Assembly: GCA_963811205.1 (NCBI GenBank)
Contig: CAWEQJ010000003.1
Location: 11,223-75,222 of the forward strand
Length of the DNA: 64,000 nucleotides
Direction: 5' to 3'
From: an uncultured Thermoleophilaceae bacterium
GTDB taxonomy: Bacteria > Actinomycetota > Thermoleophilia > Solirubrobacterales > Thermoleophilaceae
Part shown: piece after piece, positions 12,983 through 21,357 of the stretch
Layout: each line of letters starts with the position of its first letter
How positions within the stretch are numbered: the stretch's first letter is position 1
The notes under the pieces: model-generated
What the model saw: the letters and a program-made list of their open reading frames with translations, nothing else
What the model was told of the DNA's origin: nothing
Database searches by the model: none
Position numbers and translations under genes: made by a program

Positions 12983-15355
12983 TCAGTGGCCCGTGGCCGA
13001 GAAGTGCACCCTGTCGGCCGGCAGGTCGTTGAAGATCCGCGGCGAGTACGGGCAGCGCTGCATCAGCCGACCGAACTCGTCGTAGTGAGTGACGTCGATT
13101 GCGCCGGCGGGCTTGACCCGGCCCACGTGGTTCGAGCTGCGCCCGGCACAGCGGCCCGGGCATTTCGGCGCGTGGCACATGCCCATGCAGAGGCTCTCCG
13201 AGTAGGCGGGATCGCGCCAGCCGCTCGACAGGGTTCCCTGCCAGCCCTGCTCGCGCGCCCAGTCGAGATACGGCTTCATCCAGGCGGCCACCGGCTTGCC
13301 GTCGAACGTGGCCACTCCCGCGCGCGGCGCCGCCACACGCTTGGCGTTCTTGTGCTGCTTGCGCCTGCGCGTACGCGCGCGGGCCAGCATCGCCGGGTTG
13401 GACAGGCGCGGCGAGCCCGGGCGGCGGATCCGCCGCACAAGCTCGGCGTCGACCCTCACGGAGCGGCCGTCCTTCTTGCCGTAGCCCAGGTAGTACTTCA
13501 CGAGCTTGATCCGCTTCTTGGTCTCGGTGCCCTTCTTGCCGTCCACCACGAGCGGGGTCATCCCCCTGAGGTGCTGGGCAGTGAACTCGTTGAGCACCCG
13601 CTGGAGGTTGCGCACGCCGATCTTCACGGGCACGTCCCGGTGCTTGACCGGCTTCGGAACGGGCTGCGGGCGCGGCGCGGGCGTGGGGCCGCCGGGCCTC
13701 GCGGGCGCCGGCTTTCCGTGATGGGTGAGCCGCCCGATCTGCTTCTCGGCCAGCGCGTAGCGGGCGATCAGAACATCGCGCGAGCGGCCGATCGCACGGT
13801 CGAGCCGGTCGATGCGGTGCAGCAGCTCCTCGTCCGACAGGTCCTCGAGCGCGCGCGGTGTGCGCGTGGGCGGCGGGGGTGTGGCGGCGCCGTCGCCGTG
13901 GCCGGAAGCCACCGGCGGCGGGCGGTAGTAGGGCGCGGCCGAGGAGGGGCCTTGCGCTCCCCCGGCTGCTGCGGGAGGCGCCGCGGTGGCGGTGGCCTGG
14001 GGCGCGGCCGCCGGCGCGGCTTCCCCGCCGTTCGGCGCCGCCGCCGGCGGACTCGGGGCCGGCTCGGGCTGCGCCACGGGCGGTGGGGGAGCGGCTGCTC
14101 CGTGCTCCTCGTAGTCGATCAGGGTCTCGAGGTCGTGCTCGATCCGGGTGAGGATGCGCGCCAGGTCGGCCAGGTTCACGGCCTGCTCGCGCGCGCGGGT
14201 GAGCGCGTGCCTGCGCCGCTCGCCGTAGGCCGCCAGGGCCTGCCAGGCGCGGTCGGTCTGGGCGTCCAGCCGCTGCACGTCCTTGACGAGCGCGACGAGC
14301 CTCGCCGCCCCGCCGCCGGCGCCATTGCTGACCACGGGCGTGGGTGTGGGCGGGGCGGGCGTGCCCCCTCCGCCTCCGCCGCCGGCGCGGACGCGTGCGC
14401 GCCGGGCCTTCTCGAGCCGTACCGAGCGGGCGAGCGCTCGCGCGCTGTCCTTGCCATACACGCCGTCCTGGGTGAGGTGATGCTCCGCCTGGAACGCCTT
14501 GAGCGCCTTCACCGCCTCGGCGTCGAAGTGCTTGCGCTTGCCGTCCAGGTACGGCTTGCCGGTGGCGTGCGAGCGAACGAACGAGAGCCGGCGGGTCACG
14601 CGCACCACGGCGTCGCCGCGGTCGCCGCGGCGCACCACGCCGGACGCGGCGGCGCTTCCGTGGATCGGCGTGTGGCCGTGGTGGATGCCGGGCGGGTTGG
14701 CGAGGCACTCGAGGTCGGCCACGTTGATGTCCACATCGAGGCCCAGCACGCGGCAGGGGCTGTTGCCGTAGGCGCCCGCGTACTGCCAGGCGCGCTGACC
14801 CTGGGCCGCCCAGTGTGCGGCGGGCACGCCGGGGGCCGCCCGCGGGTCGTGGCGCACCACGCCGTGGCTGATCCAGCTGGCCACCCAGACGAACTCGGCG
14901 TCCACGTTGCCGTGCATCGCGCGCAGCGGCGCGGGGTTGGCGTACACGCCGGGCCGCACCCCGGCGGCACGGACGGCCGCGCACCACGCGCGCACGTACT
15001 CGACGGTGCCCGACGGGTGGGTGTCGTAGGTGTGCTGCTCCACATCGAGGCAGAGCGGGTAGTTGCCGCCATAGCCGAAGCGCGCCGCGAGCTGAAGCGC
15101 CTCGCGCGCGTCGATCTGGCCCTGGTCGTGCGTGAGCGGACCGCCCCACTGGCGCCCGGCGTAGGTGAGCATGAAGCGGTCGATCCCGTGGCTCACGTAC
15201 TCGCCCACGAGCTGCGGCGTCCAGCCGCTGGCCCGCGAGGTGGGGCCGCCGATGTAGACGCACCACCAGCGCCCGTCGATTGCGTCGAGCATGCGCTTCG
15301 CCATCGCGGCGTCCGGCGCGGCTGCGCGGTCGAGGCCCTGCGCTGTGGGAGACAT
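12983..15355 (-). CDS. Multidomain peptidoglycan hydrolase: N-terminal DUF1906/Rv2525c-like glycosidase-like domain, two PG-binding repeats, two coiled coils, C-terminal LAS/M15-like metallopeptidase
   Basis: Intact 790-aa ORF. The N-terminus reads WWCVYIGGP...LTYAGRQWGGPLTHDQGQIDAREALQLAARFGYGGNYPLCLDVE. PG_binding_1-like segments are LTQDGVYGKDSARAL and LVVDGKKGTETKKRI. Pro/Ala-rich linkers flank heptad-like helices. The C-terminus reads SGWRD...SSNHVGRVKPAGAIDV...DRVHFS (H..D..H LAS pattern) with the Cys-rich insert CMGMCHAPKCPGRC. Confidence 0.75.
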   Translation of the reverse strand: MSPTAQGLDRAAAPDAAMAKRMLDAIDGRWWCVYIGGPTSRASGWTPQLVGEYVSHGIDRFMLTYAGRQWGGPLTHDQGQIDAREALQLAARFGYGGNYPLCLDVEQHTYDTHPSGTVEYVRAWCAAVRAAGVRPGVYANPAPLRAMHGNVDAEFVWVASWISHGVVRHDPRAAPGVPAAHWAAQGQRAWQYAGAYGNSPCRVLGLDVDINVADLECLANPPGIHHGHTPIHGSAAASGVVRRGDRGDAVVRVTRRLSFVRSHATGKPYLDGKRKHFDAEAVKALKAFQAEHHLTQDGVYGKDSARALARSVRLEKARRARVRAGGGGGGGTPAPPTPTPVVSNGAGGGAARLVALVKDVQRLDAQTDRAWQALAAYGERRRHALTRAREQAVNLADLARILTRIEHDLETLIDYEEHGAAAPPPPVAQPEPAPSPPAAAPNGGEAAPAAAPQATATAAPPAAAGGAQGPSSAAPYYRPPPVASGHGDGAATPPPPTRTPRALEDLSDEELLHRIDRLDRAIGRSRDVLIARYALAEKQIGRLTHHGKPAPARPGGPTPAPRPQPVPKPVKHRDVPVKIGVRNLQRVLNEFTAQHLRGMTPLVVDGKKGTETKKRIKLVKYYLGYGKKDGRSVRVDAELVRRIRRPGSPRLSNPAMLARARTRRRKQHKNAKRVAAPRAGVATFDGKPVAAWMKPYLDWAREQGWQGTLSSGWRDPAYSESLCMGMCHAPKCPGRCAGRSSNHVGRVKPAGAIDVTHYDEFGRLMQRCPYSPRIFNDLPADRVHFSATGH

Positions 15356-15357
15356 GA

Positions 15358-15789
15358 TCAGCCCTGGATCGCGGCCGGCTCTCCGTCCTCGGAGAGCAGC
15401 TCGTCGTCGAATTCGTCGTCGAGGTCGTCATCGACGTCGCCCAGCGCGGTCAGCTCGTCCAGGCTGTCGAGATCGCTGAGGCTGCCGTCGGCGTCACCGA
15501 GCTCCTGATCCGGTGCGGCGGCGACGGTGGGCGCGTTCCCGCCCGTGGCCAGCGCAAGCTCGATCTGGTGCTCGGCGCCGGCCTGGCGGGCCTCGTACTT
15601 CTGCCAGCCGTGAAGCCACTGGGCCGCGGGGGCGAGGCCGATCAGAGCCCCCGCGATGAAGATCTCCTGGAGATCGCTCTGCTTGATGTCGACGCCGGGA
15701 GCGTGCTTGGCGAGCCAGCTTGCCGCGTAGCCGGCGGCGGGTGCGAAGACGATCGGCGTGAGCAGCGCGACGAAGCGGTTGAGCGTCAT
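15358..15789 (-). CDS. Holin-like small membrane protein (2 TM plus a very acidic tail)
   Basis: ATG 15789 is preceded by GAGGAGG. The TM segments are FVALLTPIVFAPAAGYAASWLA and IFIAGALIGLAPAAQWL. The tail reads LGDADGSLSDLDSLDELTALGDVDDDLDDEFDDELLSEDGE. It ends 2 nt before the hydrolase start. The longer ORF begins at 15843. Confidence 0.5.
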   Translation of the reverse strand: MTLNRFVALLTPIVFAPAAGYAASWLAKHAPGVDIKQSDLQEIFIAGALIGLAPAAQWLHGWQKYEARQAGAEHQIELALATGGNAPTVAAAPDQELGDADGSLSDLDSLDELTALGDVDDDLDDEFDDELLSEDGEPAAIQG

Positions 15790-15965
15790 CGAGGCCTCCT
15801 CGAGTCCGGGGCGTGGGGCCTGTGGGCTAGTTGCATTCGACACTACGCCCGGCCCATTGGGCGGTCAAGGGGGGCTGGCACCACTCGTCTTCCTTGCGCA
15901 GGTTCGGCTAGCCCTCGGCGCCCGAAAGGCGTTTGCGCCAAGCGGCTTCGGGCATGCCAAACGCC

Positions 15966-16205
15966 ATGGAAACCATCGTTCTTCCCCTATTCGGCCTGCT
16001 CGCGCTCGGCGCGGGAATCGCATTCGTCTGGGGCACGCCGCTCTTCGGCGTCCCGCTGCTGATCCTGGCGCTGATCGCCGGCGGCGCCTGGATGTTCGGT
16101 GTCCGCGCGAAGCGAGCCGGCGACATCCACAACGAGCTCGACGACGCGAAGGCCCGGAAGACGGACTTCACCGAGCGCGACCGGGAGACCCTGACGCAGA
16201 ACTGA
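15966..16205 (+). CDS. Small membrane protein (2 TM), hypothetical
   Basis: METIVLPLFGLLALGAGIAFVWGTPLFGVPLLILALIAGGAWMFGV followed by a charged tail. It lies immediately upstream of the DUF892 gene. Confidence 0.45.
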   Translation: METIVLPLFGLLALGAGIAFVWGTPLFGVPLLILALIAGGAWMFGVRAKRAGDIHNELDDAKARKTDFTERDRETLTQN

Positions 16206-16216
16206 GGAGGACCGCT

Positions 16217-17194
16217 GTGACCAGTGACAGCCTGGCCGGCCAACTGGAGAAGTACCTGAGCGACGCCTACTCGATCGAGAAGCAGGCGCTCGTGCAGATG
16301 AAGATGGCGCCGGGTATCGCCGGCCACCCGGCGCTCGCCAAGCTCTTCGAGGACCACCTGCGCGAGACCGAGGGCCACCAGCACTCGATCGGCGAGCGGC
16401 TCGAGGCGCACGGCGGCAGCCCGTCCACCATCAAGGACGTTGTGATGGAGGCGGGCGGCATCGGCTTCGCGCTCTTCGCCAAGGCGCAACCGGACAGCCC
16501 GGGCAAGCTCGTGGCCCACGCGTACTCGTACGAGGCGCTCGAGCAGGCGAGCTACGAGCTGCTGGCCCACGTGGCCGAGCGCGCCGGAGACGCGGACACC
16601 GCTGAGGTGGCTCGGCGCATCGGCGCCGAGGAGCGCGCGATGAAGGAGCGGCTGGCGGGCGTGTTCGACGTCGCGGCCGAGGCCTCCCTGCGCGAGCTCG
16701 AGCCAGACGACATGGACGAGCAGCTCGTCAAGTACCTCGCCGACGCGCACGCCCTGGAGCAGCAGGCCATCAGCCTGCTCGAGCGCGGACCGTCGATCTC
16801 CGAGGACAGCGTCCTCGCGCAGCTGTTCGAGGAGCATCTCGCCGAGACGCGCGAGCACGAGCGCCTGGTCGAGGCCATGCTCACCGAGAAGGGCGGCCGC
16901 ACCAGCGCTCTCAAGGACGCCGCGATGAGCCTCGGCGGCCTCAACTGGGGCGGCTTCTTCGCGGCCCAGCCCGACACACCGGGCAAGCTGGCCGCCTTCG
17001 CGTACGCGTTCGAGCACCTGGAGATCGCCGGCTACGAGCTGCTGCGGTGCGTGGCCACGCACGCCGCGGACGGTCACGCGATCCAGCTCGCGGAGCGCAT
17101 CCTCGCCGAGGAGCGCTCGGCCGCGGACAAGATCGCCGCGCAGTTCGCGCATGCCGCGGACGCCTCGCTCGAGATGGTCGGCGCCGCGAGCTGA
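16217..17194 (+). CDS. Tandem-duplicated DUF892 (YciE/YciF ferritin-like) domain protein
   Basis: GTG 16217 follows GAGGAGG. Two homologous halves are visible (LEKYLSDAYSIEKQALVQM...HLRETEGHQHSIGERL... and LVKYLADAHALEQQAISLL...HLAETREHERLVEAML...). Confidence 0.8.
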   Translation: MTSDSLAGQLEKYLSDAYSIEKQALVQMKMAPGIAGHPALAKLFEDHLRETEGHQHSIGERLEAHGGSPSTIKDVVMEAGGIGFALFAKAQPDSPGKLVAHAYSYEALEQASYELLAHVAERAGDADTAEVARRIGAEERAMKERLAGVFDVAAEASLRELEPDDMDEQLVKYLADAHALEQQAISLLERGPSISEDSVLAQLFEEHLAETREHERLVEAMLTEKGGRTSALKDAAMSLGGLNWGGFFAAQPDTPGKLAAFAYAFEHLEIAGYELLRCVATHAADGHAIQLAERILAEERSAADKIAAQFAHAADASLEMVGAAS

Positions 17195-17289
17195 GCGCTG
17201 CCGAAGCGTTGTCTGACTAAGCACTTGCTCACGGTTATCGGCTACCGCCTCGGGTAGCCAATGAGCTAGTCGACACGGAAAGGAACGAC

Positions 17290-19068
17290 ATGAGTGAGAA
17301 GGTCTCCGAGTTCATGCTGCGCCGGTTGCAGGAGTGGGGCGTGGAGAGGATCTACGGCTACCCAGGTGACGGCATCAACGGCCTGCTCGGCGCCTTCCAC
17401 AAGGTCGACCGGCCCGAGTTCATCCAGGTGCGCCACGAGGAGATCGCCTCCTTCGCCGCCACCGCCCACGCCAAGTACACGGGCGAGGTGGGCGTGTGCA
17501 TGGCCACCTCCGGGCCGGGCGCGATCCATCTCCTCAACGGCCTCTACGACGCCAAGCTCGACCACGCCCCGGTCGTGGCGATCGTGGGCCAGCAGAACCG
17601 AACGTCGCTCGGCGCCAACTACCAGCAGGAGGTCGACCTCCAGACCCTCTTCAAGGACGTGGCCTCGGAGTTCGTGCAGTACTGCATGGCGCCATCGCAG
17701 GCGCGCCACCTGATCGACCGCGCGATGCGCGTGGCCAAGGCGTCGCGCACCGTCACCTGCGTGATCGTCCCCGACGACGTGCAGGAGTCGAAGTGGGAGG
17801 AGCCGCCGCGCGCCCACGGCTCGGTGTTCTCGTCCGTGGGCTTCAGCGAGCCCCGCGTGCTGCCGCACGACGACGAGCTGCGGGCCGCCGCCCAGATCCT
17901 CAACGAGGGCGAGAAGGTGGCGATGCTGATCGGCCAGGGCGCGATCGGCGCGGAGAAGGAGGTCATGCGCACAGCCGACCTGCTCGGCTGCGGCGTGGCC
18001 AAGGCGCTCAACGGCAAGGCGGCGCTGCCCGACGACCTGCCCTACGTGACCGGCTCGATCGGCCTGCTCGGCACCAAGCCGAGCGACGACATGATGCAGA
18101 ACTGCGACACGCTGCTGATGGTCGGCACGAGCTTCCCCTACTCGGAGTGGCTGCCGGAGGAGGGTCAGGCGCGCTGCGTGCAGATCGACATCGACGGCCG
18201 CCTCGTGGGCATGCGCTACCCCGTGGACGTGCAGCTCGTGGGCGACGCCCAGGAGACGCTCAAGGCGCTGATCCCCCAGCTCGAGAACAAAGAAGACCGC
18301 TCCTGGCGCGAGGAGATCGAGCAGGGAGTGGAGCGCTGGTGGGACATCCTCGACGACCGCGCGCGCCAGCCGGCCGAGCCGCTCAACCCGGAGCTGCTGT
18401 TCCAGGAGCTCTCGCCCCGACTGCCGGACCAGTGCATCCTCAGCTCGGACTCGGGCTCGGCCACCAACTGGTGGGCGCGCCACCTGCGCATGCGCTCCGG
18501 CATGAAGGCGGCCCTATCGGGCACTCTGGCCACGATGTGCCCCGGCGTGCCCTATGCGCTGGCGGCCAAGATGGCGTTCCCGGACCGGCCGGTGATCGCC
18601 TGCCTAGGCGACGGCGCGATGCAGATGCTCGGCATCAACGCGCTGATCGACGTGGCCAAGTACCAGGACCGCTGGCAGAACAAGCAGCTCGTGATCCTGG
18701 TGCTGAACAACCAGGACCTCAACCAGGTGACGTGGGAGCAGCGCGTGCTCGCCGGCGATCCCAAGCTCGAGGTGTCGCAGGACCTGCCCGATTTCCCGTT
18801 CGCCCGCTACGCCGAGCTGCTCGGTCTCACCGGCATCAAGGTGGATGCTCCGGACCAGGTGGGTCCCGCCTGGGACCGGGCGCTGGCCGCGGGGGGACCC
18901 GTGGTGATCGAGGCGGTGACCGATCCCGAGGTGCCGCCGCTGCCGCCGCACATCCGCTTCGACCAGGCGCGCGAGATGGCGATCTCGATGGCCAAGGGCG
19001 ACCCCAACCGCGGTCACATCATCCGCCAGACGCTCAGGGCCAAGCTGGCCGACTTCGCCAACCGGTAG
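17290..19068 (+). CDS. poxB: Thiamine-diphosphate-dependent pyruvate oxidase / pyruvate dehydrogenase (quinone)-like enzyme
   Basis: Intact 592-aa ORF with RIYGYPGDGINGLL, VCMATSGPGAIHLLNGLYDA and the TPP motif CLGDGAMQMLG...LVILVLNNQDLN. Confidence 0.8.
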   Translation: MSEKVSEFMLRRLQEWGVERIYGYPGDGINGLLGAFHKVDRPEFIQVRHEEIASFAATAHAKYTGEVGVCMATSGPGAIHLLNGLYDAKLDHAPVVAIVGQQNRTSLGANYQQEVDLQTLFKDVASEFVQYCMAPSQARHLIDRAMRVAKASRTVTCVIVPDDVQESKWEEPPRAHGSVFSSVGFSEPRVLPHDDELRAAAQILNEGEKVAMLIGQGAIGAEKEVMRTADLLGCGVAKALNGKAALPDDLPYVTGSIGLLGTKPSDDMMQNCDTLLMVGTSFPYSEWLPEEGQARCVQIDIDGRLVGMRYPVDVQLVGDAQETLKALIPQLENKEDRSWREEIEQGVERWWDILDDRARQPAEPLNPELLFQELSPRLPDQCILSSDSGSATNWWARHLRMRSGMKAALSGTLATMCPGVPYALAAKMAFPDRPVIACLGDGAMQMLGINALIDVAKYQDRWQNKQLVILVLNNQDLNQVTWEQRVLAGDPKLEVSQDLPDFPFARYAELLGLTGIKVDAPDQVGPAWDRALAAGGPVVIEAVTDPEVPPLPPHIRFDQAREMAISMAKGDPNRGHIIRQTLRAKLADFANR

Positions 19069-19074
19069 GCCGCC

Positions 19075-20175
19075 GTGGCAGTGGCGAGCCAGGTAGCGGT
19101 GGAGCGGCTGGCCGTCTCCGCCTACGAGGTCCCCACCGACGAGCCCGAGTCCGACGGCACGCTCCAGTGGGGCTCCACGACGCTCGTGCTCGTGGAGGCC
19201 TCGGCCGGGGATGAGACCGGCCTCGGATTCACCTACGCTGATGCCTCCGCGGCCAAGCTGATCGAGGGCAAGCTCGCGGACGTTGTGCGGGGCGCCGACC
19301 CGATGTCGCCGCAGGCCGCGTGGGCCGAGATGCAGGCGGCGGTGCGCAACCTCGGGCAGCGCGGCATCGCCGCAATGGCGATCTCGGCGGTGGACGTGGC
19401 GCTGTGGGACCTCAAGGCGCGCCTGCTCGGCCTCGCGCTCGCCGACCTGCTGGGCCGCTTCCACGCGCGCGCGCCCGTGTATGGAAGCGGCGGCTTCACC
19501 TCCTACTCGAACGAGCGCCTGGCATCGCAGCTCGCGGGCTGGGCTCGCGACGGCGGGATCCCGCGCGTGAAGATGAAGGTGGGGCGCGATCCGTCGGCCG
19601 ACCTCGAGCGCGTGCGCATGGCCCGGAATGCCGTCGGACCGGACGTTGAGCTGATGGTGGACGCCAACGGCGCCTGGCAGCGCAAGGAGGCGCTCTGGTG
19701 GATGGAGCGGCTGCGCGACGAGCTGGACGTGACCTACGTGGAGGAGCCCGTGAGCTCCGACGACCTCGAGGGCCTGCGCCTGCTGCGCGACCGCGGGCCC
19801 GCCGGCATGAGCGTGGCCGCGGGTGAGTACGGCTTCGACCTCTCCTACTTCGATCGCATGGCCGACTGCGTCGACATCCAGCAGGCGGACGTGACGCGCT
19901 GTGGCGGCATCACCGGGTTCCTGCGGGTGGACTCGCTCTGCCGCGCTCGCTCGATCCCTTTCTCCGCACACTGCGCGCCCGCGATCTCGACCCACGCCTG
20001 CTGCGCGATGGAGACCCTGGCGCACCTCGAGTACTTCCACGACCACGTGCGAATCGAGTCGCTGCTGTTCGACGGCGTGCTGTCCCCGGAGGGCGGCGCC
20101 CTCGAGCCCGACTCGTCGCGGCCGGGCCTCGGCCTCGAATTGCGCCGCCACACCGCCGAGGAGTACGCGCTGTGA
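19075..20175 (+). CDS. Enolase-superfamily enzyme (mandelate racemase/muconate lactonizing family)
   Basis: Intact 366 aa with VKMKVG, MVDANGAW, VEEP and AAGE metal/acid-base positions in the expected order. Confidence 0.8.
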   Translation: MAVASQVAVERLAVSAYEVPTDEPESDGTLQWGSTTLVLVEASAGDETGLGFTYADASAAKLIEGKLADVVRGADPMSPQAAWAEMQAAVRNLGQRGIAAMAISAVDVALWDLKARLLGLALADLLGRFHARAPVYGSGGFTSYSNERLASQLAGWARDGGIPRVKMKVGRDPSADLERVRMARNAVGPDVELMVDANGAWQRKEALWWMERLRDELDVTYVEEPVSSDDLEGLRLLRDRGPAGMSVAAGEYGFDLSYFDRMADCVDIQQADVTRCGGITGFLRVDSLCRARSIPFSAHCAPAISTHACCAMETLAHLEYFHDHVRIESLLFDGVLSPEGGALEPDSSRPGLGLELRRHTAEEYAL

Positions 20176-20606
20176 CGGCCAAGCTATTGAAGCGCGTGAG
20201 GCGCAACCTCCTGAGCGGCCGCTTCCAGAAGACGCTCTCGGCGATGACCGCGGTGAGCGCCGCGGGCCTCGGCTTCGAGATCTACCTCGAGCACTACAAG
20301 GGCTCGTTCGGCGACAAGTGGATGTGGACGCCCATCGCCCTCACGCCGCCGCTCACAGCCGCCGGGGTGGCCGGGGTTATCAGCGAGCGGCACGCACGCA
20401 CCACGCTGCCGGCGGTGTCGGCGCTCTACGCGCTCGACGGCGCGATCGGGGTGATCACTCACATCCGCGGCGTCGCGCGCAAGCCCGGCGGTTTCGCCGA
20501 GCCCACCTACAACCTCGTGATGGGGCCGCCGCTGTTGGCTCCCGGCTCGCTCGCGCTGGTGGGTGGGATGGGACTCGTGGCCGCGCTCGCGAGGAGGGAG
20601 AAGTGA
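20172..20606 (+). CDS. Hypothetical membrane protein
   Basis: Intact 144 aa with about 4 hydrophobic segments. The GTG start overlaps the upstream stop (GTGA). Confidence 0.55.
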   Translation: MTAKLLKRVRRNLLSGRFQKTLSAMTAVSAAGLGFEIYLEHYKGSFGDKWMWTPIALTPPLTAAGVAGVISERHARTTLPAVSALYALDGAIGVITHIRGVARKPGGFAEPTYNLVMGPPLLAPGSLALVGGMGLVAALARREK

Positions 20607-21256
20607 GGCCACCGGGGCTTCCACGCCAGCGGCGCGGCCATACGCCGCAGATGATCGGGCGCTACCCGGATTGGGACGTGCTCGAGCAGGCGGAGCATTG
20701 GGACGAGGTCACACGCAGGGTCGTGCTCGAACGCGTGGAGAACGTGCCGCCATTCCGCTTCTTCGGCGAGGAGGAGCGGCGGACGCTGAAGGCGTTCTGC
20801 GACACGCTCACCGCCCAGGACGGCGAGCCGCGCATTCCCGTGCTGAGCATGGTGGACGCCAAGCTCCACGCGGGTGAGCTCGACGGCTTCCAGTACGCCG
20901 GCATGCCCGACGACCGCGACGTGTGGCGCATCGTGGCGCGCGGGCTCGACGAGCTCGGCTTCGTCGCGGCCTCGCCGGAGGCGCAGCGGCAGATCGTGGA
21001 ACGCTTCTCCAAGGGCGAGCTGGAGGGCGGCGCCTGGGACGAGCTCGACGTGTCCACGGCCTGGAAGGTGGTGACCCGCGCGGCGCTTGCGGCCTTCTAC
21101 TCGCACCCGTGGGCCTGGAACGAGATCGGCTTCGGCGGGCCGGCCTACCCGCGCGGCTACGCGGCGCTGGGGGTGGGGACGAAGGAGCACTGGGAGCCCG
21201 CGCCTGCCTTCGACGTCGACCCGGTGGTGGACACCAAGGAGCGCGGGCTCGAGTGA
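20603..21256 (+). CDS. Gluconate 2-dehydrogenase subunit 3-family protein
   Basis: GTG 20603 overlaps the upstream TGA and follows GAGGAGGGA. FFGEEERRTLKAFCDTLTAQDGEPRIP and AFYSHPWAWNEIGFGGPAYPRGY are typical of this family, which partners with GMC flavoproteins. Confidence 0.7.
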   Translation: MRPPGLPRQRRGHTPQMIGRYPDWDVLEQAEHWDEVTRRVVLERVENVPPFRFFGEEERRTLKAFCDTLTAQDGEPRIPVLSMVDAKLHAGELDGFQYAGMPDDRDVWRIVARGLDELGFVAASPEAQRQIVERFSKGELEGGAWDELDVSTAWKVVTRAALAAFYSHPWAWNEIGFGGPAYPRGYAALGVGTKEHWEPAPAFDVDPVVDTKERGLE

Positions 21257-21357
21257 GCGGGGCGCGCAGCTTTTTCAAGGGATCCCTCCGCCCGCCGGAC
21301 AACGACTCGGCCTTCATCCTCCACCCGCACAGGCGCGGGGTGCCGAACGTCGGCCGC

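Noticed and set aside
12918-15508. Very long ORFs overlapping or opposite real genes. Examples: 12918..15431 (-, same strand as the hydrolase but in another frame), 12986..15508 (+), 15908..17224 (-), 17266..18483 (-), 18604..20151 (-), 21157..22926 (-), 32655..34331 (-), 53042..54649 (-), 55291..57207 (-), 341..1330 (-).
   Set aside because: Their translations are Arg/Ala/Gly/Pro-rich low-complexity strings with no motifs. Each overlaps, on the opposite strand or in another frame, an ORF with clear family signatures. Such stop-free shadow frames are expected at this GC content.
12983-15843. Holin + lysin as evidence for a prophage
   Set aside because: No capsid, tail, terminase, integrase or repressor genes flank it, and the composition matches the host. 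It is kept only as a stand-alone cassette.
17240-17259. The GGCTACC-gcctcg-GGTAGCC hairpin after the DUF892 gene as a terminator
   Set aside because: It is a short 7-bp stem with no U-tract. That is not enough support to list it as a feature.
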